DNA from: an uncultured delta proteobacterium
GTDB taxonomy: Bacteria > Myxococcota_A > Polyangia > Polyangiales > Polyangiaceae
Assembly: GCA_963797395.1 (NCBI GenBank)
Contig: CAWCPA010000008.1
Location: 731,484 to 795,483 of the forward strand
Direction: 5' to 3'
DNA: 64,000 nt
Shown here: positions 8,221-18,383 of the stretch, piece after piece
Numbering within the stretch: position 1 is the stretch's first letter
How the letters are laid out: each line of letters opens with the position of its first letter
Translations under genes and position numbers: made by a program
The notes under the pieces: model-generated
Seen by the model: only the letters and a program-made list of their open reading frames with translations
Told to the model about the DNA's origin: nothing
The model's database searches: none

Positions 8221-9303
8221 TCACCCATCTGACCGGTCTACAGCCTTACCGATGTCTCCGGGAGCTCGCCGCCGGGCAATCCCCGCCGCGGCCGCCAGCG
8301 GCACCCAGGCCGGGAACAGCACCGGCACGCACCTCGCGACCAGGGCCGCCGCGCCGAGCCCCTCGGCCCGCAATCCGTCGCGGTCGATCGCGAAGATGAC
8401 CGCCTCGGGGCCCGGCTGCACCTCGAAGCGCTGCAGCCAGTCGAGCCACCCCAGCGCGCGCGCCGCGGCCCGCTGGGCCGGCCGCGAAGGGTCGTACAGG
8501 AAGCGCCGGCCGTGGACCTCGGGCCGCGCAAAGAGCGCGTACATCGCCAGCGTGAGCCACGTGAAGCTCTCGACGCGGCTCGTCGCCTCAATCGTCAGGT
8601 GGAACATGACCCCCCACCACAGCGCGAACGCCCGCGTCCTTCGCGGCCAGAGGAAGACGGTGAGCGCGAGCTCGGTCGCGATCGCCGCGGCCGCCAGGAC
8701 CCCCGCGACGCGCGGCTCCGAGGACTTCGCGACGAGCCACGGAGGGACGCCCGCGGCGATCGAGTTCTGCGCGTAGAGCGCGAACCGGGTGCCGAGCACC
8801 AGGCCGCTCCGCCAGTCGGGATCGAAAAGCTTCGAGCCGCCCGAGGACGCGTACACGATCACCACCTGCAGCTGCGCCAGGCGCGCGGCCCAGAGCGGGG
8901 CTTCGCGCGTGCGATCGCACGGGGCGAGGGCGAGGAGCAGCGCGTCGCAGGCGAGCGCCCACCGGTTGTGATGGAACTCCAGCCGGTCGCAGAGCAGGAC
9001 GTAGACGTTCAGCACGGCGCTCGCGAAAAGCGCGAGCCGCGGGCGCAGCCCCGCCACGACCATCGCGGCCAGCAGGGCCTCGAGCGCGACGAGCCCCGCG
9101 TACACGTCCCGCGACGGCACGAGCGCCTCGGGGATCAGCGGCCAGTGGAAGACGTCCCCGAAGTACGCCGTGCGGAGCTCGAGCCCCGCCCGCACCGCCG
9201 ACAGGAAGAGGAGCCCGCCGAGCACCACGCGCGCCGCGACCAGCGCGCGGGTGTTGCCCGCCTCGTCGCGCCACCGCCGGAGCGCCCCGGTCACGCCGCT
9301 CAT
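8221..9303 (-). CDS. HTTM-domain (vitamin K gamma-carboxylase-like) polytopic membrane protein with a DCC/DUF393-like C-terminal extension
   Basis: Internal ATG at 9303 (MSGVTGALRRW...). Multiple TM helices. The tail reads RFLYDPSRPAQRAAARALGWLDW. The upstream 76 codons of the ORF are Arg/Pro-rich and were rejected. Confidence 0.7.
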   Translation of the reverse strand: MSGVTGALRRWRDEAGNTRALVAARVVLGGLLFLSAVRAGLELRTAYFGDVFHWPLIPEALVPSRDVYAGLVALEALLAAMVVAGLRPRLALFASAVLNVYVLLCDRLEFHHNRWALACDALLLALAPCDRTREAPLWAARLAQLQVVIVYASSGGSKLFDPDWRSGLVLGTRFALYAQNSIAAGVPPWLVAKSSEPRVAGVLAAAAIATELALTVFLWPRRTRAFALWWGVMFHLTIEATSRVESFTWLTLAMYALFARPEVHGRRFLYDPSRPAQRAAARALGWLDWLQRFEVQPGPEAVIFAIDRDGLRAEGLGAAALVARCVPVLFPAWVPLAAAAGIARRRAPGDIGKAVDRSDG

Positions 9304-9794
9304 GGGACCTCCCGCGGGTGGCTCTCGAGGACCACGGTCTCGGGCGGCCGCCCGTTCTTTCGAACGATGACCTCGGCGCGGAGGCGCCGTGTCTGCGCGT
9401 CCTCCGGCAGGTGGTCCGCGACGTCGTCGAGCGCGCGGGCGAGGTGGAGGAGCTGGGCGCCCAGGCCGTACGACGCGAACATCGTGACGTCGATGGAGGC
9501 GAGCACCGGGTCGCGCACCCGGTCCCTCCACGAGAAGTGCCGGAGCTGCCCCGTCGCGTCACGCGCGCCCCACTCGCCCCGCAGCGCGCGCTCGTCGCCG
9601 CCGGCCGTCTCCCGCCAAAGGTCGATCTCGAGGGTCGAGGCTTCCGGGAACATCCGGAACCCGAAGATGTGGTCCGGCCGCGCACCGGCCGTGAGCACCA
9701 GGGCCGCCTGGAGCACGATCCACGCGGCCGCGAAGACCACGCGCCCGTTCCGGCGCCGCTCCCCCGATGCTGCTGATGTAAGGAGCGACCTCAC
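9300..9794 (-). CDS. Small membrane-anchored protein translationally coupled to the HTTM gene
   Basis: GTG at 9794. One TM helix (VVFAAAWIVLQAALVLTAG). Its stop overlaps the HTTM start (ATGA). Only the 3' 164 codons of the 634-aa ORF look like coding sequence. Confidence 0.5.
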   Translation of the reverse strand: MRSLLTSAASGERRRNGRVVFAAAWIVLQAALVLTAGARPDHIFGFRMFPEASTLEIDLWRETAGGDERALRGEWGARDATGQLRHFSWRDRVRDPVLASIDVTMFASYGLGAQLLHLARALDDVADHLPEDAQTRRLRAEVIVRKNGRPPETVVLESHPREVP

Positions 9795-9902
9795 CGCGCC
9801 GTCGGCCTCTTCCCGCGTGCCGCGCCGGACACTACTGAAGAATCGGACAGCGGGCCGCGGAATTGCAACGTCTCGGCTGGGCGTGCCAGGATTCCGGTTG
9901 TC

Positions 9903-11279
9903 GTGCGTTCGAACCTCGTCGCTGCTCTGGTCTCGGTGCTCGCGGCGTGCGGCGAAGGGGCGACCGCGAGGGTCAAAGCGCCCGCGCCCGAGGTCGCGTC
10001 CGCGCACGTCGTCGTGCCGGCGGCCGCCGTCGCGATGGAAGCGCCCGTCTCCGGAGGAGCGCCCTCGACCGAGCGCGCGCTCGAGCCCGCGCTCGAGTCC
10101 TCGCGTCCCCTCGACGGCGCCGATCGGCTCACGCACCTCTTCCAGCGGCTCGCGGCGCTCGATGACGGCAGCGCGCACGACGACGTCCGCATCGTGCAGT
10201 ACGGCGACTCGCATACGGCCGCGGACATGGGCACGGGCGCGTTCCGCAAGCACATGCAGGCCCGCTTCGGCGACGGCGGTCGCGGCTTCGTCTCGATCGG
10301 CCGGCCGTGGACGAGCTACGTGCAGGACGGCATCCACGGCTACATGAGCGAAGAGTTCGAGCCGGTCCGCATGTACGTGAAGGACCAGCGCGGCTCGGGC
10401 GACGGCTTCTACGGCCTGCTCGGCGTGGGCATCGGCGCCGACGCGCCGGGCGCCGTGGCGTGGAGCACCGTGGCGCCGCGCTCGTCGCACGTCGAGATCG
10501 ACTACCTCTGCCAGCCCGGCGGCGGCAGCTTCGACGTGCTCATCGACGGCGCGCGCGCGGGGCGCGTGGCCACGCGCACCCCGCAGGCGACCTCGGGCTA
10601 CGCGTCGTACGAGACGAGCGACGGGCCGCACCAGGTCCAGGTGCGCGCGGTCGGCGACGGCGACGTCCGCGTCTTCGGCATGACGCTCGACCGCAGCGAG
10701 GCGGGCGTCGTCGTCGACGCGCTCGGCATCAACGGCGCACAGATCTTCACCGCCCTCCGCTGGAACGAGGCCCACTTCGCCGAGCAGCTCCGGCACCGTG
10801 CGCCCGATCTCGTCGTGCTCGCGTACGGCACCAACGAGGCGCTCGAGCCGCGCCTGCAAGACGCCGACTACGAGCGCGCCCTCGTCGACCTGCTCGGCCG
10901 CGTCTCGCGCGCCGCGCCGGAGAGCGCCTGCATGCTCCTCGGGCCGCCCGACCTCGCGCGCTGGACGAAGGGCACGCGCGGGTACCACACGTGGCCGCGC
11001 GTCCTCGAGATCGCCGCGATTCAGAGGCGGGTCGCGAAGGCCGCGGGCTGCGCGTTCTACGACCAGATCGACGCGATGGGCGGTCCCGGCAGCATCGCGG
11101 CGTGGGCCGACGAGGCCGAGCCGCGGGCCCAGCAGGATCGCGTGCACCTCACGCGCGCCGGGTACACGCAGGTCGGCACCATGCTCGCGACCGACGTGCT
11201 CCATGCGTACGACGCCTGGCGCGCCTCCAAGGGCCTGCCGCCAAGCGGCACGAAGCCACTCGACGTCGCCCGCCGCTGA
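9903..11279 (+). CDS. SGNH/GDSL-like hydrolase lipoprotein
   Basis: Lipobox VLAAC. Motifs VQYGDSHTAAD and VVLAYGTNEA. Paralogous to 11317-12753. Confidence 0.75.
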   Translation: MRSNLVAALVSVLAACGEGATARVKAPAPEVASAHVVVPAAAVAMEAPVSGGAPSTERALEPALESSRPLDGADRLTHLFQRLAALDDGSAHDDVRIVQYGDSHTAADMGTGAFRKHMQARFGDGGRGFVSIGRPWTSYVQDGIHGYMSEEFEPVRMYVKDQRGSGDGFYGLLGVGIGADAPGAVAWSTVAPRSSHVEIDYLCQPGGGSFDVLIDGARAGRVATRTPQATSGYASYETSDGPHQVQVRAVGDGDVRVFGMTLDRSEAGVVVDALGINGAQIFTALRWNEAHFAEQLRHRAPDLVVLAYGTNEALEPRLQDADYERALVDLLGRVSRAAPESACMLLGPPDLARWTKGTRGYHTWPRVLEIAAIQRRVAKAAGCAFYDQIDAMGGPGSIAAWADEAEPRAQQDRVHLTRAGYTQVGTMLATDVLHAYDAWRASKGLPPSGTKPLDVARR

Positions 11280-11316
11280 GCGTCGCTCATCCGCGGCGTC
11301 CGCCGCGGGTCTTCGC

Positions 11317-12753
11317 TCAGTGCGAGGCGCGCTCCTCGTACGCGCGCACGAGCGCGTCGCTGAGGAGGTTGCCGAGCACCTCGGCGCCTCGCACCGTCGG
11401 GTGCGTCATGTCGCCGCTCAGCTGCGGGCGCGCCTTCACCCAGCGCGCCATCGAGCCCTCGCCGCCCATCGCCTCGAACGTGTTCCAGAAGGCGGCGCCG
11501 TGGGAGAGGGCCACGCGCCGCTGGATGGCCACGATGTCCTCGATGATGGGCCGCGTCGCGATCCTTCCGTCGCGCCACTCGGCGCGATCGAGGGGCGCCA
11601 CGACCAGGATGGACGCGCCCGACACGATGGCCCCGAGCTCGTCGAGCAGCGCCCCGAGCGCGCTCTCGTACTCGGCCAGATTGAGCTTCGGCACGTCGCT
11701 CTCGTTGGTGCCGTACTGCAGGATGACGAGGGCCGGATCCCTCAGCGCGAACTGGTCCTGCCAGTGCCTGCGGTCTTGCCGCTGCCAGAAGGTCGCCTGC
11801 GCGGCGTGCGACCCGAGCGCGTCGTACACGACGCCGGGCTGGTCGCGCTCGATCGCCACCCCGAAGAGGCGCGCCGGGCCTCCCCCGACCGCGCGCACCG
11901 TGATGCGCGACTCGCCGTCGTCGGTCGTGACCGTGTGCACGCGCGACGCCTTCTCGGGCCCGCGCGTCGAGAAGCGCTCGGGCGGGATGCCGCGCACGTC
12001 GATCTCGACGTCGCCGCCCCCGGGCTGCTCGAGGTAGTAAATCTCGTAGCGCGAGGCCTTGCGCCCGTAGTCGCCGTGCGAGGCGGTGCCGAAGGTCGCG
12101 GAGCCGCCGGTGCTCGTGAAGGTGACGCCGCCGAGCCCGTACATGCCGTCGGGCGCCGTCGGGCCCGCGAGGCGGCTGGCCCTCCACTCGCCCTCGGAGA
12201 AGTGGAGGACGTCGTTGTGGAAGTACCACTCCCACGGGTTCGCGACGAGGATGTACCCGTGGCCTGCGTCGCCGAAGCGCGCCTGCAATCGGCGCCGCAC
12301 GGTGCCAGACACGTAGTCGCTCGAGATGGTCGAGTCGCCGTAGTGCAAGATGCGCGTGATCGCGCCCGGCATGCGCCGATCGGTCCGCGCGAGGCGCGCG
12401 AAGAAGGCGTCGAGCGCGTGCCCGGTCGGGTCTTCGATCTTCACGCGGCCTTCGCCTCGATCGACCGACTCGACGGCGGGCGCGACGGCGAGCGCGACGG
12501 GGTTCGCGTCGACGGGCAGCGCGTTGTTGACGGTCGGCGTGTTCTCCGAGGCGGGGAGGGCCTGCTCGCCCGGGACCGCCGGCGGAGGAGCCGGGGCCGG
12601 CGGGTCGTCGGCGTGGATGGGCGCCTCCCCGGGCAGCGGGACGATGCGGAGCGGTCTCAGCGCGGGCGCGGCATAGGGAACGGCCAGCACCCCGAGCATC
12701 ACGGCCAGGGCGCGCCCCGTTTTCCCGAACAGAGGGTGCTCACTCAGTCCCAC
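11317..12753 (-). CDS. SGNH/GDSL-like hydrolase, paralog convergent with 9903-11279
   Basis: Motifs LHYGDSTISSD and VILQYGTNES. A GTG start at 12753 gives a signal-like N-terminus. The formal ORF extends to 12930. Confidence 0.72.
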   Translation of the reverse strand: MGLSEHPLFGKTGRALAVMLGVLAVPYAAPALRPLRIVPLPGEAPIHADDPPAPAPPPAVPGEQALPASENTPTVNNALPVDANPVALAVAPAVESVDRGEGRVKIEDPTGHALDAFFARLARTDRRMPGAITRILHYGDSTISSDYVSGTVRRRLQARFGDAGHGYILVANPWEWYFHNDVLHFSEGEWRASRLAGPTAPDGMYGLGGVTFTSTGGSATFGTASHGDYGRKASRYEIYYLEQPGGGDVEIDVRGIPPERFSTRGPEKASRVHTVTTDDGESRITVRAVGGGPARLFGVAIERDQPGVVYDALGSHAAQATFWQRQDRRHWQDQFALRDPALVILQYGTNESDVPKLNLAEYESALGALLDELGAIVSGASILVVAPLDRAEWRDGRIATRPIIEDIVAIQRRVALSHGAAFWNTFEAMGGEGSMARWVKARPQLSGDMTHPTVRGAEVLGNLLSDALVRAYEERASH

Positions 12754-12920
12754 ATCGCCTTCGCGGCGGCAGGATAGTCGCGTCTCCGGGGCGTCGTCGG
12801 GAACTTTATGGGCCCAGCGGAGATCCTTTGCGTGGGTCTGCGCGTCGGAAAACGCGAGCGCCCGTTGCGGACAGTCGGGTCCGCTCGGAGCAGCACCCTT
12901 CGCAGGGGTGGGAGACGACG

Positions 12921-14873
12921 ATGATCGCAAAAGACTTTTCCGCGCGTACGCGCGCGGCGACGGCGTGGTGTGCCCTCGGTGCCTTCGTTCCGGCGCTCGC
13001 GATGATGGCGAACGGATGTGATCGCAAGGCCTCCGATGCGCAGCCGGTGGCGACGGCCATGGCGACGACGGGCGAGTCCCGCGGGGTGCCCGCGGATGGC
13101 GCGTGGCAGGCCGTGCCGGCCGCGCCTCCGCCCGCCGTGACGGCGTCGGCCGCGGCGTCGATCCAGCAGGCGTTCGGGAACGGGCAGATGAAGGGAGGCA
13201 TGCTCGGGCACGGCGCGATGAAACCCGGCGCCGGTGGAGCGGGTCTCAGCTCCCTACTTCCCACGGTGGCCGCGGCCCCCGCGCCCAGGGCCGCGCGGAT
13301 GATCGCCGCGAGTGCTCCCCCCACACTCGCGCCCGAGTCGCAGCCGTACACGGCGCCCGAGCCCGCCCCGGTTCAACGCCTCTCGGCGAACGCACGCTAC
13401 GCCACGACGTACCGGCCCGGAGGCGCCGCGCTGGCCGCCTTCGACGCCGCCGTGCAGCGCGGACAGATCCCGGGCTCCTATCAGGATCTCGTGGGCGACT
13501 TCGGGGCGCGGTATGCGCCCGCGCTCGGCGCGCCCGACAGTGGAGCGCTGGCCATCTCGGTCGCGACCGAGCGCGCGGCGGTCGCGCCGGGCGGGGGGTC
13601 GATGAACCTTCTCGTGACGCTCGCGTCGAGCCAGGGCACAGCGGCGCGCGCGCCGCTCTCGGTGCACTTCGTCCTCGACATCAGCGGGTCGATGTCGGGG
13701 CGCGCGATCGACGACGCGAAGAACGCGGTCATGGCGGCCATCGGCAAGCTCGAGGCCGAGGACGACTTCTCTGTGGTCACCTTCTCCGACGAGGCGCACC
13801 TCCTCGTGGCCGACGGTCCGCTCGCGTCGCGCCGCGCGCAGGTGGCCGCGACGATTGCGCGCGTGCAGGCCGACGGCGGCACCAACATCGCCGCGGGGCT
13901 CGACCTCGGGTATCACGAGGCCCATACCGCGCACGCGGGGGACGACGCCGTCCGCATCGTGATGCTCCTCTCCGACGGCCACGCGAACGGCGGCGATACG
14001 GATCCCAGGCACCTCGCGAACCGGGCGGAGTCCGCGTTCCAGGACGGCATCCAGACGAGCTCCTTCGGCCTCGGCCCCGACTACGACGCCGCGCTCATGA
14101 GCCGCATCGCCGACCGGGGGGCCGGCGGCTACTACTACCTCGCGGACTCTTCGCAGATAGACCCGGCCCTGTCGCGCGAGATCGACGCGCGCCTGCGCCC
14201 CGTCGCCACGGCCGTCGAGCTCCGCGTGCGCCTCCGCCCCGACGTGGGCGCGAGCCACGTGTTCGGGTCCCACGAGCTCGACGGCGAGGACGCGCTCGCC
14301 GTGCGCCGGCAGGAGCTCGCCGTGGACGGCAACGAGAAGAAGCAGCACGGCATCGCGCAAGACCGCCAGGACGACGCCGAGGGCGGCATGCGCTTCTTCA
14401 TCCCGGCCTTCGCGCGCGCCGATCGCCACGCGCAGATGATCACCCTCGAGCTGCCCCCCGGCATCGGCGAGCGCCGCATCGCGAGCGTGGAGGTTCGCTA
14501 CAAGGACCGGCTCCTCCAGAAGAACGTGACCCGCGAGCTCCCCGTCAGCCTGCGGTGGGCGGCGAACGACGCGGACAGCGCGGCGACCGCGGACCCCGCG
14601 GTCGAGCGCGTCGAGCAGGCCTTCGCGGCGGGCGAGACGATCCTCCGCGCGGCGGATCGCGTGGACCAGGGCGACCGCGTCGGCGCGCGGCAGCTCGTGA
14701 GCGAGCGCGTGACCGTGCTGCGCGCGGCCGCGGGCACGCTCGGCGAGCCGCGCTTCCTCGAGGACGCGTCGCGGCTCGATCGGCTGGCGAACGCGATCTC
14801 GGGCGAGCAGCCCATCGCCGACGCGCTGCCGCTCGTCGTGATGCTCCGGGGCTCGGCGTACGGGTACCTGTGA
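12921..14873 (+). CDS. von Willebrand factor type A domain lipoprotein
   Basis: GGAG lies upstream of the ATG at 12921. Lipobox MMANGC. MIDAS motif DISGSMSG with GGTNIAAGL and LLSDGHANGG. Confidence 0.85.
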   Translation: MIAKDFSARTRAATAWCALGAFVPALAMMANGCDRKASDAQPVATAMATTGESRGVPADGAWQAVPAAPPPAVTASAAASIQQAFGNGQMKGGMLGHGAMKPGAGGAGLSSLLPTVAAAPAPRAARMIAASAPPTLAPESQPYTAPEPAPVQRLSANARYATTYRPGGAALAAFDAAVQRGQIPGSYQDLVGDFGARYAPALGAPDSGALAISVATERAAVAPGGGSMNLLVTLASSQGTAARAPLSVHFVLDISGSMSGRAIDDAKNAVMAAIGKLEAEDDFSVVTFSDEAHLLVADGPLASRRAQVAATIARVQADGGTNIAAGLDLGYHEAHTAHAGDDAVRIVMLLSDGHANGGDTDPRHLANRAESAFQDGIQTSSFGLGPDYDAALMSRIADRGAGGYYYLADSSQIDPALSREIDARLRPVATAVELRVRLRPDVGASHVFGSHELDGEDALAVRRQELAVDGNEKKQHGIAQDRQDDAEGGMRFFIPAFARADRHAQMITLELPPGIGERRIASVEVRYKDRLLQKNVTRELPVSLRWAANDADSAATADPAVERVEQAFAAGETILRAADRVDQGDRVGARQLVSERVTVLRAAAGTLGEPRFLEDASRLDRLANAISGEQPIADALPLVVMLRGSAYGYL

Positions 14874-15742
14874 TGCCTGGCATGGACGCGACGTGGCCGC
14901 TGGCGATCGACCGGGTCACGGCGGTCGCCATGACCGACGGCGATCACCTCGAGGTCGACGGGAGCCTCGTCTCCTCGCTCGACGGCACGGTCTTCGGGCC
15001 CGCCGTGCTGTTCGACTACGCGTCGGGCGGGCTCCGGGTGGTGGACGCGACGCCGGACGGGGCGATGCTCGCGCCCACGGGGGTCTCGGCGGCGGCGTGC
15101 ACCGCGGTGGGGGCATCGACGCCTTGCCTGGTGCCGCGCCTCGGCGACCTCGCGCACGCGCGCCTCCGCACGGTGGCCGAGTTCGCGCCGACCTTGTCCG
15201 GCACGATGTCCCTCACGCTTCGCAAGGCGCCCGCGCCGGTGGTGACGCCGGTCGCGCGGGCGGCGTCGGTGTGGCTCGGCGCGGCGTGCATGATGGGGGC
15301 GTGCGCGTGGATGGCCCTGGCCTTCTGGAGGAGCCGCTCGAAGAGCGCGCTCGGCCGCGTGCGAGCGGCGGCGCGTCGCGCGCTCCGGGCGACGCGCGGG
15401 GACGGGACCCTCGAGCCGGTGCGGCGGCAGGTGCGGGCGCTCGTGGAGCGCGCCGCGGAGGCGGAGGGCGTGCGGCGCGCGGCGGCGCGGGCGCTCCGGC
15501 GCGCGCCTGCCGTCGCGGCGGTCCCCCCGGCACTTCCCCTCGAGCGGACCGAGGTGCTGCGGCTGGAGGCCGATCGCGCCACGGCGTCGGCCGAGCTCGA
15601 GCGCATCGCGAGCGCGCTGCGGGTCGTCGCGCTGCGCGCGAGGAGCTCGCCACGGCGGCGCGGTGCCGATCCCGTCGACGCGCTCGTGGGCGAACTCGAT
15701 CTGCGCGACGAGGCAGCGGCCGAGGCCGAAGAGGTGCGCTGA
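14873..15742 (+). CDS. Hypothetical single-pass membrane protein with an Ala/Arg-rich coiled-coil tail, coupled to the vWA gene
   Basis: The ATG overlaps the vWA stop (TGATG). TM segment AASVWLGAACMMGACAWMALAFW. Confidence 0.45.
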   Translation: MPGMDATWPLAIDRVTAVAMTDGDHLEVDGSLVSSLDGTVFGPAVLFDYASGGLRVVDATPDGAMLAPTGVSAAACTAVGASTPCLVPRLGDLAHARLRTVAEFAPTLSGTMSLTLRKAPAPVVTPVARAASVWLGAACMMGACAWMALAFWRSRSKSALGRVRAAARRALRATRGDGTLEPVRRQVRALVERAAEAEGVRRAAARALRRAPAVAAVPPALPLERTEVLRLEADRATASAELERIASALRVVALRARSSPRRRGADPVDALVGELDLRDEAAAEAEEVR

Positions 15743-15770
15743 AGCGCGCCGTCTGCTACTCGTCCGCGCC

Positions 15771-17204
15771 ATGCAGCCAGCGCGCGTCCGCTTCGCTCCG
15801 TCGCCGACCGGGTACCTTCACATCGGCGGAGTGCGCACGGCCCTCTTCAACTGGCTCTGGGCGAGGAAGACCGGCGGCACGTTCGTGCTCCGCATCGAAG
15901 ACACCGACCAGGAGCGCAGCACGCGCGAGAGCGTCGAGATCATCTTCGAGGCGCTGCGCTGGGTGGGCCTCACGTGGGACGAGGGGCCGCACGCCGGCGG
16001 TCCGCACGGGCCGTACACGCAGATGGAGCGGCTCGCGACGTACAAGCAGCAGGCCGAGGACCTGATCCGCGCCGGCAAGGCGTACCGCTGCTACTGCACG
16101 AAGGAGGAGCTCGACGCCCAGCGCACCGCACTGAAGGCGCGCGACCCGAAGGCGCAGTTCCGGTACCCCGGCACGTGCCGCAACCGCAACGACACGCCCG
16201 ACCTGCCGTTCGTCGTGCGCTTCAAGGTCCCCGACGCGGGGAGCGTCCGCTACGTCGACAAGGTGTTCGGCGAGGTCGTCACCCCGAACGCCGCCCAGCA
16301 GGACTTCGTGCTCCTCCGGTCCGACGGCGTGCCGCTCTACAACTTCGGCGCCGTCGTCGACGACGTCACCATGGGCATCACCCTCGTCGCGCGCGGGCGC
16401 GACCACATGGTGAACACGCCCCCCCAGATCATGCTGTACGAGGCGCTCGGCGCGTCCCTCCCGACGTTCGCGCACCTTCCGATGATGCTCGCGCCGAACG
16501 GCGAGAAGCTCAGCAAGCGCCACGGCGCCGTCAGCGTCACCGAGTACCGCGACCAGGGCTACTCGCCCAACGCGGTTCTCAACTACCTCGCGCGCTTCGG
16601 CTGGTCGCACGGCGATCAGGAGGTCTTCTCGATCGACGAGCTCGTCCAAGCGTTCGACTGGGAGCACTGCAACAAGAGCGACGGCAAGTTCGACGCGAAG
16701 AAGTTCCTCGCCATCGACCACGAGCACCTCAAGACGGCGCGCCTCACCCCCGACGACGAGTACGCCCGCCGCGCCCTGCCGTTCGTCCGCGCCCGCGGCC
16801 TCGAGGCCACCGAAGAAGCCGTGCGCGCCCTCGTCCCGCTCATCCGCGAGCGCGCGACCACGTTCGCCGACGCCGCCGATCGCCTCGACTTCGTCTTCCG
16901 CGACCCTCCGGCCATCGAGGCCTCGGCCGCCGCCAAGTTCCTCGTCCCCGAGAGCGCCGGGCGCCTCCGCGAGATGGCCGACGTCCTCGAGAAGGTCGAG
17001 CCCTGGGAAGCGCCCGCCCTCGAGGCCGCGGTCAACGCGTGGCTCCCGAGCACCGGCCTCCCCATGAAGGACATCGCTCAGCCCGCGCGCGTCGCCCTCA
17101 CCGGCCGAACGGCCAGCCCGGGTCTCTTCGACGTCATCGCCGTCCTCGGGAAATCGCGCGCCCTGCAGCGGCTCCGGGCCGCCGCGGCCGGAAGCGCCAG
17201 GTAG
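15771..17204 (+). CDS. gltX: Glutamate--tRNA ligase
   Basis: MQPARVRFAPSPTGYLHIGGVRTALFNW..., including the HIGH motif, plus KLSKR (the KMSKS equivalent). Confidence 0.96.
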   Translation: MQPARVRFAPSPTGYLHIGGVRTALFNWLWARKTGGTFVLRIEDTDQERSTRESVEIIFEALRWVGLTWDEGPHAGGPHGPYTQMERLATYKQQAEDLIRAGKAYRCYCTKEELDAQRTALKARDPKAQFRYPGTCRNRNDTPDLPFVVRFKVPDAGSVRYVDKVFGEVVTPNAAQQDFVLLRSDGVPLYNFGAVVDDVTMGITLVARGRDHMVNTPPQIMLYEALGASLPTFAHLPMMLAPNGEKLSKRHGAVSVTEYRDQGYSPNAVLNYLARFGWSHGDQEVFSIDELVQAFDWEHCNKSDGKFDAKKFLAIDHEHLKTARLTPDDEYARRALPFVRARGLEATEEAVRALVPLIRERATTFADAADRLDFVFRDPPAIEASAAAKFLVPESAGRLREMADVLEKVEPWEAPALEAAVNAWLPSTGLPMKDIAQPARVALTGRTASPGLFDVIAVLGKSRALQRLRAAAAGSAR

Positions 17205-17210
17205 CCGCAA

Positions 17211-18383
17211 TCAACGCGCCGCCTGCTCGGTGAGCTCGCCGAGCGTGACCTTCACGTCGAACGGCTTCGTGGCGCGCTGCACGCGCAGCGTGACGGGGCG
17301 GCCGACGCCCGCGGTGCTCGCGAGCCACTGAAGCTGCGCGGAGCGCTCGATGGGCTGGCCCTCGAACGCGACGATGATGTCGCCGGGCTGCAGGCTCGCC
17401 CGGTCCGCCGGTCCGCCCGGGTTGACGTACTCGATGACCGCGCCCGAGATGCGCACTCCGTCCGGCACCTTCAGCGCCGAGCGATCGTCGGGCGTGAGCT
17501 GGTGGGCGTCGATGATCCGCACGCCCAGGGCGCTCCGCGTGACGTGGCCGTCGCGAAGGAGCATGGGCAAGAGCTGCTTGACCATGTTGATCGGGATCGC
17601 GAAGCCGATGCCCTGCGCGCCGCCGCCGCGGATGGCGGTGTTGATGCCCACGACCGCGCCGTGCAAGTTGAGCAGCGGGCCGCCCGAGTTGCCCGGGTTG
17701 ATCGAGGCGTCCGTCTGCATGAAGTCGTAGTAGCCGCTCGGGTCGAGCGGCACGTCCTGGCGGGTGCGGCCCTTGGCGCTGATGATGCCCGCGCTGACGG
17801 TGTGCGAGAGGCCGAACGGGTTGCCGATCGCGACGACCCAGTCGCCCACGTCCATCGCGTCGGAGTCACCGAGGGGGAGGGAGCGCAGGTCCTTCGCGTC
17901 GACGCGCACGACCGCGATGTCGGTCTGCGGGTCAGTGCCGACGACCTTGCCGGGGAACTCGCGATCGTCGAAGAGCTTGACCTGAATCTCGTCCGCGCCT
18001 TCGACGACGTGGTCGTTCGTGAGGATGACGCCGCCCTTGTCGACCACGAACCCCGTGCCCAGCCCACGCATCTCGCGCGGGCGCTGCCGGTGCGTGAAGG
18101 GCGAGACTTCCATGTCTTCGCCGACGGTGTTGATGGTCACGACGCTCGGGTCCGCGGCGTGCGCGATCGGCGCGAAGCTGACCGGCTCGAGCCGGACGTT
18201 GACCGAGCCGGCCGGCGCCGCCGCCGTGGCAGGAGCCGCCGGCGGCGCGAGCGCCACCGTGTCCGCGGGGGCCGCGCCCGGCGGCATCGACGCGCCCGCG
18301 TCGTCCGCATCGAGGAGCCGAAGCCGGTTGCCGCACCCCGCGGCGACCACGCACGCGGCGGCGATGATGCAGCGGCGGAGCAT
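17211..18383 (-). CDS. htrA: HtrA/DegP-family serine protease with a PDZ domain (lipoprotein)
   Basis: Lipobox VAAGC. Catalytic motifs TNDHVV, DIAVV and GNSGGPL. PDZ motif GLQPGDIIV. Confidence 0.9.
   Translation of the reverse strand: MLRRCIIAAACVVAAGCGNRLRLLDADDAGASMPPGAAPADTVALAPPAAPATAAAPAGSVNVRLEPVSFAPIAHAADPSVVTINTVGEDMEVSPFTHRQRPREMRGLGTGFVVDKGGVILTNDHVVEGADEIQVKLFDDREFPGKVVGTDPQTDIAVVRVDAKDLRSLPLGDSDAMDVGDWVVAIGNPFGLSHTVSAGIISAKGRTRQDVPLDPSGYYDFMQTDASINPGNSGGPLLNLHGAVVGINTAIRGGGAQGIGFAIPINMVKQLLPMLLRDGHVTRSALGVRIIDAHQLTPDDRSALKVPDGVRISGAVIEYVNPGGPADRASLQPGDIIVAFEGQPIERSAQLQWLASTAGVGRPVTLRVQRATKPFDVKVTLGELTEQAAR

Noticed and set aside
7751-8228. Several 60-76-aa ORFs on both strands between nadE and the HTTM gene.
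   Set aside because: They only translate the degenerate DNA repeats (RRPDALG-type peptides). No RBS or sensible start context is present.
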